DNA of 64,000 nucleotides from Cloacimonetes bacterium SCGC AAA252-N17. GTDB lineage: Bacteria; Cloacimonadota; Cloacimonadia; JGIOTU-2. The first letter of the stretch is position 1. Every line of letters begins with the position of its first letter. The stretch lies in NCBI GenBank assembly GCA_000404785.1, contig ASNI01000005.1, positions 9,914 to 73,913 of the forward strand, read 5' to 3'. Made by a program: the position numbers and the translations under genes. Below are positions 21,601 through 28,603 of this stretch, in pieces. A model generated the notes under the pieces. That model ran no database searches. It was given only the letters and a program-made list of their open reading frames with translations, and was not told the DNA's origin.

Positions 21601-21739
21601 TATTGCACAAAGTGGAACAGAACCCTGGGATCTCCTTTCAAAACATGATCAGATCATTGCAAGCGGTGTGTACCTATATTCTGTAGAAGATCATGCGACT
21701 GGTAATGTTAAAGTCGATAAACTTGTTTTAATTAAATAA
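18686..21739 (+). CDS. Large secreted hypothetical protein (1017 aa) with Asp-rich Ca-binding-type motifs and an extended T9SS-like C-terminal sorting domain
   Basis: AGGAGG precedes ATG 18686, followed by a signal peptide (MRSKIGFLPVFLVVLLMLMLSSTFLWG). Contains DDDGDGKIDEDP and DDDNDGLRDEDG motifs. The C-terminus is NIYVVPNPY...IWFVNLPEKCTIKIYTLAGDLVDEI...WDLLSKHDQIIASGVYLYSV...KLVLIK, the pattern of T9SS CTDs but with an insertion. Confidence 0.6.
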   Translation: MRSKIGFLPVFLVVLLMLMLSSTFLWGRSVNGGSGADKRLDITCYHDVGNIWLRVSNYGFFGSGDDALPQWPSLEYPGGSGIDYLYQGALWFGACKQRRNDFGDKLYWQDAAQETTGTTPSEYGRVIDTLVSVGFDGDDDMYEFLPAYNQLEENALGYIYDLYNLKDDVIESSIRDQKPGEDDDGDGKIDEDPAGFAFPYRSTVPSQFSTFLPGDNEFRGVVERMQCEPAEILSYPDIWFPLGFLKLGYEDPDSIYNFAQAQDDDNDGLRDEDGYPISEQDFLGYYYDYSPFDTPGERVWGTHWSSQDHRPLNVRVRQVSFQWSYEYIKNLVYIEFDITNMNTNPDPEKEDTLFDCAMGIYMDCDVGPQSWSAQPRASEDISSYVPGEGYEFAYTYDADKDGGLTTGYVGARVCTPDPDQLEFACWTWEVGDGPKDGVLNEEKNEKYWLLTDRNPRTGDTYTSLRDDPNAQVNDPFDTRFLFAFYGGGNGFYEPADSTNWNLKPGETMKIVIAVFPGDDVEELKRTAVWSKTLYGEAQTLTTVVLPDTFKHYEAPGPPDIPNMTLDQSQNGDTIFVYWDNRSEFTVDIMTLTREFVGWQNTNSDLDSYIDKYDEQLDHYGYFPDDFVPKYDSQGQLIQNINAKVNPWTGFRLRHDFQGYSLWKASNSGEQDAYMRMDRWDKIDTPQDMRDYDVCMNLPDTTMHVYYGGQLGINNGIPMEYIVSSDSTENIIYTADSTVYWTDYYYLDSLYSFVDIAVGNKVYGIPLYNVLDSADVDPIYAPPPPLTENEKQENALLFKNPVINDELYLDLYDDKLIPLPGHLGQAHPEGLLELKKNRLSRRYYISEILYPEKGVENYIAVTSFDRGIPSHNLQALESGKDGNRITIFAGPSAASNLENIYVVPNPYLGQSKFDGRRDKDQTGDRSKRIWFVNLPEKCTIKIYTLAGDLVDEIEHSGTSTVDVINPSKATHTGIAQSGTEPWDLLSKHDQIIASGVYLYSVEDHATGNVKVDKLVLIK

Positions 21740-21750
21740 AGGTGGTTAAC

Positions 21751-22788
21751 ATGAAAAGGATAATTTTTGTAATATTGGCCCTTTTACTTATACCAACCTT
21801 GGTTCAAGCTGATATTTTTGCAAAAGTCGGTACTGCCGGCTTGCAGTTCCTCAAAATCGGTGTCGACGCCCGTGCGATCGGTATGGGTGAAGCATACACA
21901 GCATATACGAAAGGCGCTTCCTCAACCTATTGGAATGTCGCAGGTCTCGCATATACAAATGGCAGTGAATTATTTATAAACCACACTCGCTATGTTGCAG
22001 ATATAAATTATGATTATCTGACCTTTGCTTTTCCGACCTCCCTCGGGGTGTTCGGTATCAGCGGTTCGATATTGTATATGGACTGGATGGATGTAACAAC
22101 TGATGATGGGTTCAAACCTAATGGAGAACAGTTCACCTGTAGTGATATGATGGCTGGGCTTTCTTACGCAACTATGCTTACTGATAAATTCTCACTCGGT
22201 TTCTCATTCAAATATCTCAGGCAAAATCTCGATGAATATGATGTGAACGGTTGGGGTATCGACTTGGGTACTCTTTATAATACCGGCTGGAAAGATCTTA
22301 CGATCGGTATGAGTTTAAGAAACTTCGGACCTGAACTGAAATACACGCTGGATAATGATGGTGATGGTCTTATCGATGAAGATCCATATGACCTTCTTGA
22401 TAATGATGGTGATGGTCTTATCGATGAAGACCGAGAAGAACTCTCATTCGTACTTCCTATGAATTTCTCTCTTGGTGCTGCTATGAACATTCTTGAAACA
22501 AAGATGCAGTCTTTAAATGCAGTGTTCCAGGTTGATAACTGTGTTGACCGTCTTGAAACTTATAATGCCGGACTTGAATACAGAATCGGAACCTTCTTCC
22601 TTCGCGGTGGATATCAATTTAATCTTGATGCTCGGGGTGCTTCTTTCGGACTTGGTTGGAAACTTCCTACTTCCTTTGCTATAATGGATATTGATGCTGC
22701 ATATACTCCTTTTGGTAGTTTAGAAGAAAAGATGGATGGGTCGTTCCTTACCGGACCAATTCGTCTATCTGTAAAGATGAAATTTTGA
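21751..22788 (+). CDS. PorV/PorQ-family outer-membrane beta-barrel protein
   Basis: Signal peptide, then AKVGTAGLQFLKIGVDARAIGMGEAYTAY...YWNVAGLAY (as I recall, the PorV/PorQ / UPF0164 N-terminal signature). Alternating beta-strand pattern and a C-terminal aromatic residue (MKF). ATG 21751 follows AAAGGTGG. Confidence 0.65.
   Translation: MKRIIFVILALLLIPTLVQADIFAKVGTAGLQFLKIGVDARAIGMGEAYTAYTKGASSTYWNVAGLAYTNGSELFINHTRYVADINYDYLTFAFPTSLGVFGISGSILYMDWMDVTTDDGFKPNGEQFTCSDMMAGLSYATMLTDKFSLGFSFKYLRQNLDEYDVNGWGIDLGTLYNTGWKDLTIGMSLRNFGPELKYTLDNDGDGLIDEDPYDLLDNDGDGLIDEDREELSFVLPMNFSLGAAMNILETKMQSLNAVFQVDNCVDRLETYNAGLEYRIGTFFLRGGYQFNLDARGASFGLGWKLPTSFAIMDIDAAYTPFGSLEEKMDGSFLTGPIRLSVKMKF
22351..22430 (+). 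repeat. Tandem in-frame duplication: a perfect 32-nt unit repeated at 48-nt period (encodes DNDGDGLIDED twice)
   Basis: GATAATGATGGTGATGGTCTTATCGATGAAGA occurs at 22351..22382 and again, identical, at 22399..22430 inside the PorV-like gene. Confidence 0.9.
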
Positions 22789-22933
22789 AATTATTAATTA
22801 TGATGATTAGATTCAAGTTAATGTCTTATTGGATAGGAAACCATTTGTTTAAAACCTTTTGGTTAGCTTTTTATGTTAACAATAATGTAAGTAAATTTCA
22901 AATTGTAAATATTTAATTCAATGGAGGATTAAA

Positions 22934-25192
22934 ATGAAAAAAGCTATTATTGTAATTACTGCAATATTTTTCTTCAATATTGCATTAATTGCTGAGTTAC
23001 AAACCCCTCTTTACGATGAAAAAAAAATAACACGCGAATCTGTTTTACCTGAGGGTAAAGATTATTCAGGACAAATCTTGCGTGACAATGTAAATCCAAG
23101 TCCACCAGATTGGGAATTTACACATTTCCCTGAAACTGTAGGCCCAATTAGTTACTATGATTATATGCCTGGTAGCTACTGCGGTCATCCGCTTATGAAA
23201 CAACGCGAAGGCCTCATTAGCTATGCTTATGGTGATCCTTTTGGTCCTGGCGTTTATATGGTATATCAAGGGCAAGCCGCTCCAACTGCAACTCCAGAAA
23301 TTGAAAGAAGAATCTATTATGGATATGTTGATACTCTTGGTAGTATTAGTAATGCTACTATTACATCACCTGTTCTTCGGGAAGGATTCCCAGGAATGAC
23401 TATACATCCCGCATCGGGAAGTTGCATTGCAACATGGCATGTAGCACCTGCAGGTACTTACCAAACAACCATGGTTTATGATGACATTCAACTTTTAGGG
23501 TCGCCTGGCTTCTGGAAATTGCCTTTATTCTTTACTCAACCAGCTCCTGATTTACTTTATATTTGGCCCTATGTGTTCGCAGGTCCTTCTCCAACGTATA
23601 ATACCGACGGATATGTTAGGATCTACCAAGTCTCTCATGCAGATAACGATAACACAATAGAAGATGTTTTGTTTAGATACACTGATGTTCCTGATGAAGA
23701 TTTCGTTTATGGTGAACTTGAACAAATGCTTACTGAAGGCAATTGGTCATCACCAATTACTTTATTTACTGATTGGCATGTAGGACCACCAACCTGGCCT
23801 TCTAATGCGGCAAGTCGTCCTTATGATTCATTTGCTGTGGACTTGAATAATCCCGGACACATCTCATTTATGGGTTATGCTGGATTTCATGCTGTGGATA
23901 CATTAACTAATGTCCCACCTTATGTCGAACCCGGTTTTTATGTATGGGAATCTTTCGATGGCGGAGAAACTTGGGATACTGACAACTTTCACTCATCCCC
24001 AATTATGGTAAGTCTCGACCCGTCGTCTCCAGAAAGATTGAATAAATATGCGCTTTATAAAGTTGAAAATACCGCAGGATTTACTTATACAGACTCTCTT
24101 GGGCAAACATTCACTCCAGATTCATTATTTGCTTACCCAGGATTTCCTGGTTCAGCGATATGTGAGCATCGTTCAGCGATGTATGATTATGAAGGTAACA
24201 TTCGCTTACCAATACAATTACAGTATGTAGCTTTTGAGGGAGATGGTATAGACGCGTTGACTGCATGGTCCTCTGCCACACATAGCTGGGTATTTCAAGC
24301 GGAAGTAGTTTATAAAAACGATGGCACTTGGGAAATTAATCATGTCCCCAAAATGCCAGGTAATGCTTCCGGATATAGTGTTCCATGGACCGTAGCCGGA
24401 GCAGACACTACATGGTACCCATGGCTTTCTATGGCTTATTCAGATATAAACACTTTAGGATTCCATGAAAACCTACAAAATCAAGCAGTCGGCAAGGACT
24501 GTAATCGGATGGTTCAGATGTGGGCAGATGGAACAAAACTACTTAAAGCTGAACATCCCGATGAACCTTACCCAACACCAACCGACATGAACTATCTTAA
24601 TCATCCTATAATTCATATTTCAGCCAAAGGAGGAATAATTGGAGACGGTGATACTTGGAGTGACCCAATAGAATTTTCAGATATATATACAACACCATTT
24701 GGAGATCAGATTACTGTCTATCCGTATTTAGCTCCATATATTCATGACTTAGGAGATGGATGGGGTGAGATATATATCTTTTACTTTAATGATAATGATT
24801 ATGGTAGTTTTGCACAAGAACTAACGGGAGTTAATTCAGGTGGTTATATAACCTATACATCGATCAAAATTTATTTTGGTCCAATAAAATCTGTAGATCC
24901 GGAACAATCAAATCCAGTCTCTTTAATCAATTATCCCAATCCTTTCTTTGCCTCTACGACCATCAACTTTACAGCCAAAAAACCGTATCAGCATGCATCG
25001 GTTAGTGTATATAACGTAAGAGGACAACTAGTTAATACACTGGAAGTAAATGCCGGCGAACAGCCGACTCAAGGATACGCCACATGGAATGGTAAAGACC
25101 TGAATGGCAATGATGTGGCAAATGGAATCTATCTCTATAAGCTTGATATCGATGGTGCAGTAAAAGTCCAAAAGATGATGCTGACCCGATAA
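22934..25192 (+). CDS. Secreted hypothetical protein (752 aa) with T9SS type-A C-terminal sorting domain
   Basis: Signal peptide. The C-terminus is LINYPNPFFASTTINFTAKKPYQHASVSVYNVRGQLVNTL...WNGKDLNGNDVANGIYLYKLDIDGAVKVQKMMLTR, a textbook T9SS CTD. Confidence 0.7.
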   Translation: MKKAIIVITAIFFFNIALIAELQTPLYDEKKITRESVLPEGKDYSGQILRDNVNPSPPDWEFTHFPETVGPISYYDYMPGSYCGHPLMKQREGLISYAYGDPFGPGVYMVYQGQAAPTATPEIERRIYYGYVDTLGSISNATITSPVLREGFPGMTIHPASGSCIATWHVAPAGTYQTTMVYDDIQLLGSPGFWKLPLFFTQPAPDLLYIWPYVFAGPSPTYNTDGYVRIYQVSHADNDNTIEDVLFRYTDVPDEDFVYGELEQMLTEGNWSSPITLFTDWHVGPPTWPSNAASRPYDSFAVDLNNPGHISFMGYAGFHAVDTLTNVPPYVEPGFYVWESFDGGETWDTDNFHSSPIMVSLDPSSPERLNKYALYKVENTAGFTYTDSLGQTFTPDSLFAYPGFPGSAICEHRSAMYDYEGNIRLPIQLQYVAFEGDGIDALTAWSSATHSWVFQAEVVYKNDGTWEINHVPKMPGNASGYSVPWTVAGADTTWYPWLSMAYSDINTLGFHENLQNQAVGKDCNRMVQMWADGTKLLKAEHPDEPYPTPTDMNYLNHPIIHISAKGGIIGDGDTWSDPIEFSDIYTTPFGDQITVYPYLAPYIHDLGDGWGEIYIFYFNDNDYGSFAQELTGVNSGGYITYTSIKIYFGPIKSVDPEQSNPVSLINYPNPFFASTTINFTAKKPYQHASVSVYNVRGQLVNTLEVNAGEQPTQGYATWNGKDLNGNDVANGIYLYKLDIDGAVKVQKMMLTR

Positions 25193-25217
25193 AACTACAA
25201 ATCTCTCACAGATAATT

Positions 25218-25250
25218 AAGCCTGCTCACATTCGAGCAGGCTTTTTTTTA
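25218..25250 (+). terminator. Rho-independent terminator
   Basis: AAGCCTGCTC-acattc-GAGCAGGCTT (10-bp perfect stem) followed by TTTTTTTATT, 25 nt after the stop at 25192. Confidence 0.85.
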
Positions 25251-25320
25251 TTAACCATACTTGACAAAATTTTAAATAAAAATAAATAAATTGTTTATGA
25301 AATATTATCAGGAGGATACA

Positions 25321-25923
25321 ATGTTAAAAAAGAGTGTTTTATTTATTGCAGTTCTTGCACTCATGATTTCGTGTGGAGGTCCCACAAAGCAGGTATCACG
25401 AGTCGGTGTGGATACTACGATCGATCTGAGCGGACGCTGGAATGATGCAGACGCGCGTATGGTCTCAGAAAATATCGTTGATGACGTGCTGGATGCAAAC
25501 TGGCTTTTCAACTGGATGGGTGACAATCAGGAAAAACCTATTGTGATCGTCGGCACTATCGGCAATAAAACGAGCGAGCATATCAACACAGAAACCTTTG
25601 CCACAGATATTGAAAGAGAACTTGTCAATTCCGGCAAGGTGCGTTTCGTAGCTGCCAAAAAACAGCGCGACGAGATACGTGACGAGCGTCTTGACCAGCA
25701 AAGTCAGTCATCGGAAGAAACTTCAAAGAGATTGGCTCAGGAACTGGGCGCAGACTTTATGCTGCAGGGAACCCTCTCTTCTATCGAGGATGCGGTTGAC
25801 GGAAAAAAAGTGGTGTATTACCAGGCAGACATGAATCTTGTAAACCTGGAAACAAATGAAATCGTATGGATGGGCTCAAAGAAGATCAAAAAATTCGTGG
25901 AACAATCCAAACTTAAATGGTAA
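25321..25923 (+). CDS. LpoB-like (YcfM/COG3417) lipoprotein, penicillin-binding-protein activator family
   Basis: Lipobox LALMISC. Mature part ...TIDLSGRWNDADARMVSENIVDDVL...IVIVGTIGNKTSEHINTETFATDIERELVNSGKVRFVA resembles the LpoB family. AGGAGG precedes ATG 25321. Confidence 0.65.
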   Translation: MLKKSVLFIAVLALMISCGGPTKQVSRVGVDTTIDLSGRWNDADARMVSENIVDDVLDANWLFNWMGDNQEKPIVIVGTIGNKTSEHINTETFATDIERELVNSGKVRFVAAKKQRDEIRDERLDQQSQSSEETSKRLAQELGADFMLQGTLSSIEDAVDGKKVVYYQADMNLVNLETNEIVWMGSKKIKKFVEQSKLKW

Positions 25924-25928
25924 CAACA

Positions 25929-27482
25929 ATGAAAAAAATATTACTATCTATTCTTATCTCATCGCTTCTTATCGCCGCTTTTATCGGGTGCTCGAGCATG
26001 CGCACCTCAAAAGGTCAATATGTAGGAGTGATGGATAAGCTCAGGCAACAAGATTATGATGCTTGCGTGGTACAGATCGAGGAATCAAAGGACAAATTCT
26101 ATAAAGAAAAGGAAAAAGTATTATTCTACCTCGATATGGGAATGCTCTATCACTATTGCGGAGATTACGAGCAAAGCAATGAATTTCTCACAGAAGCCGA
26201 ACATGCTATTGAAGATCTGTACACTAAAAGTGTTGGCAAAGCTACTGCATCTCTTCTGTTGAATGATAATGCCCTCGATTATTTCGGTGAAGATTATGAA
26301 GACATCTATCTGAATATTTTCAAGGCGCTGAACTACCTGCACATGAATAAACAGGAAGATGCCTTTGTTGAGATCAGAAAGGTGAACAACAAGCTCAACG
26401 TTCTTGAAGACAAATACGAGGAGATCGCAAAACAGTATAACGAATCCGAGGATAAGAAGAAGGAATTCAAAATTGGTGATAATAAATTTCACAACTCGGC
26501 ACTTGCTCGATATCTAAGTATGCTCATATACCAAGCTGATGGCAAATATGATGATGCCATGATCGATCTGACAGAAATCAAAGAAGCTTTTGAACTTCAG
26601 CCAATTGTTTATGATTTCACGCAGCCCGAGCTCGATAAATACCTCGCTGGCACCGATAAAGCTCAGCTCTATTTTCTCACATTTGTAGGAAACTCGCCTG
26701 AAAAAAAGTCAAATACTCTCTGGATTCATACCGAGAAAGACAAACTGATCATAGCTACATCGCAGGAAATTTCTGGTGAAAGCAAGGATCTTGATCCTAA
26801 GAAAGAAGCCGGTAAGATGGTCAGCACTACGAAGAATTTCTTTGATGCAGTAATTGATATTGTACCATCCAAAAAGGAAAAGCCAAGTTCGCAATCTTCA
26901 GGAGATCCAAAAGAAGAGGTCAAAGAAGAACCCAAACACGAACTCGCAACTCTGGATATCATTGAATGGAAGGATATGGAACCTGGTTATCATTTCAAAT
27001 TCCCTCTTCCCTACATGGAAAAATTAGGTACCGATGTAAGCAGGATAGAAGTTATGATAGATGAAAAACCTGCGTATGAGCTGTACCCATTAGAAAGTCT
27101 CGAGAATGCAGCTTTTGTAACCTATAAGATCAAAGAGCCACTTATTTATCTCAAAACTATCACTCGAACCGTGGTGAAAGGTTTGCTCGCAGAACAGGGC
27201 AAACAGGAAATGGTCAACCAGGTTGGTGGTGGTATTTTGGGGTCAATTGCTATGTTCGCCACTGATGCCGCAGTCGATGCAACTGAGAATGCAGATCTCC
27301 GTATTTCCCGCTTCTTCCCTGCAATGGCTTATATTGGCAATGTTGCAGTCGAACCCGGCAGTCATAGTGTAAGGATCAATTATTTTGATCAGAACAATGC
27401 GCTCGTTTACTCTGATTTTATGCAACAAAAGGAAATTAAGAAAAATCAACTAAATTTAATTGAGTCACATTATTTAGATTAG
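25929..27482 (+). CDS. Lipoprotein with TPR-like N-terminal region (COG3014-like), hypothetical
   Basis: Lipobox AAFIGCSS. In my recollection the position between LpoB-like and LPP20-like genes matches a conserved three-gene arrangement. No catalytic motif recognised. Confidence 0.45.
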   Translation: MKKILLSILISSLLIAAFIGCSSMRTSKGQYVGVMDKLRQQDYDACVVQIEESKDKFYKEKEKVLFYLDMGMLYHYCGDYEQSNEFLTEAEHAIEDLYTKSVGKATASLLLNDNALDYFGEDYEDIYLNIFKALNYLHMNKQEDAFVEIRKVNNKLNVLEDKYEEIAKQYNESEDKKKEFKIGDNKFHNSALARYLSMLIYQADGKYDDAMIDLTEIKEAFELQPIVYDFTQPELDKYLAGTDKAQLYFLTFVGNSPEKKSNTLWIHTEKDKLIIATSQEISGESKDLDPKKEAGKMVSTTKNFFDAVIDIVPSKKEKPSSQSSGDPKEEVKEEPKHELATLDIIEWKDMEPGYHFKFPLPYMEKLGTDVSRIEVMIDEKPAYELYPLESLENAAFVTYKIKEPLIYLKTITRTVVKGLLAEQGKQEMVNQVGGGILGSIAMFATDAAVDATENADLRISRFFPAMAYIGNVAVEPGSHSVRINYFDQNNALVYSDFMQQKEIKKNQLNLIESHYLD

Positions 27483-27490
27483 GAACTACC

Positions 27491-28519
27491 ATGAAAAAAT
27501 TTATTTTATTATTAGTTATGATCTTTATGTCCTGTGCACCTTCGATGGTCACGGCAAAAAAGAACAAAGCACCTGACTGGATCATGAATCCCCAGTCAAA
27601 ATATAAGGATGCATACTACCTTTCTTCAGTTGGCGCCGGAGACACAAAAAAATCAGCAGAACAAGATGCTTATTCCAATCTTTCAAAGATATTTCAGGCA
27701 GAAATAAAATCTGACGAAACACTCACACAGAAATTTGAAGAAACTACTGTAGGAGATAAAACTTCACTTACCGCCGAAGAAAAGATGAGAAATCTTACTC
27801 AGATACAGAGCGAGCAGACCCTGAAGAATGTTAAGATAGGTGATTCCTATTTTGACCCGAACAGCGGCGAATACTATGTTATTGCGTATCTTAACAGGAG
27901 TGAAACAGAGGATATTTATCACAATGAGATAAGCCAGAACACACAGAAGATCGAGCAATTTTACTCTCAATATGAAGAGGGTACGTCCAAACTCGACAAA
28001 CTGAAATATCTCAGCGAAGCAATCGATCTTGCAGAACAGAATGAGATTTTGAATGCGCAGCTTCGAATTATTTCTCCTTCACATGCCGGCGTGCAACTAA
28101 AACAACCGCTCGAGAAGTTTGTGGCAGAAAGAAACACTTTTGCAAAAACTATCCATGTGGTGGTGATAGGTTCAGGGGACTATAAAGATTATCTTGAAGA
28201 CTATCTTAAAGAAGTATTCAACAACTTTGGTTTTACTGTTTACGCCAATGTATCAGATGCAGATTATATTGATTTTCATATTGAAAGCTCTTTATCAATC
28301 TCCCAGATCGATCTCGACAGGGATGAAGAATTTGTCCGCTGGGAGCTTTCTATTACTATCATTGATAAAATCAGTAATGCAGAAGCTGTTCTCTATACAA
28401 AGAGTGATCGTGAAGGTCATCTTAATTTAACTGAAGCGCAAAATCGTGCTATTCGATCAGTAAAGAAAACCATTCAGAAAGACTTCTTTAAGTTCTTTGC
28501 TGATAAATATTTATCTTAA
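27491..28519 (+). CDS. LPP20-domain-like lipoprotein
   Basis: Lipobox IFMSCAP. YYLSSVGAGDTKKSAEQDAYSNLSKIFQAEIKSD resembles the LPP20 lipoprotein domain. Confidence 0.5.
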   Translation: MKKFILLLVMIFMSCAPSMVTAKKNKAPDWIMNPQSKYKDAYYLSSVGAGDTKKSAEQDAYSNLSKIFQAEIKSDETLTQKFEETTVGDKTSLTAEEKMRNLTQIQSEQTLKNVKIGDSYFDPNSGEYYVIAYLNRSETEDIYHNEISQNTQKIEQFYSQYEEGTSKLDKLKYLSEAIDLAEQNEILNAQLRIISPSHAGVQLKQPLEKFVAERNTFAKTIHVVVIGSGDYKDYLEDYLKEVFNNFGFTVYANVSDADYIDFHIESSLSISQIDLDRDEEFVRWELSITIIDKISNAEAVLYTKSDREGHLNLTEAQNRAIRSVKKTIQKDFFKFFADKYLS

Positions 28520-28546
28520 TGTAGTAACAAAAATATTGTTATAATA

Positions 28547-28580
28547 AAAGGCTTTAACTTTTCTAAAATTAAAGCCTTTT
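28547..28580. terminator. Bidirectional intrinsic terminator between convergent genes
   Basis: AAAGGCTTTAA-(11 nt)-TTAAAGCCTTT, flanked by an A-run on the left and a T-run on the right. It lies between the stop at 28519 (+) and the stop at 28604 (-). Confidence 0.7.
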
Positions 28581-28603
28581 ATTGTCCAGCTATTAACAGA
28601 ATT

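Noticed and set aside
22351-22430. Possible CRISPR-like or intergenic tandem repeat
   Set aside because: There are only two copies. They are in frame inside a well-supported beta-barrel gene and encode an Asp-rich loop motif. This is not a CRISPR array.
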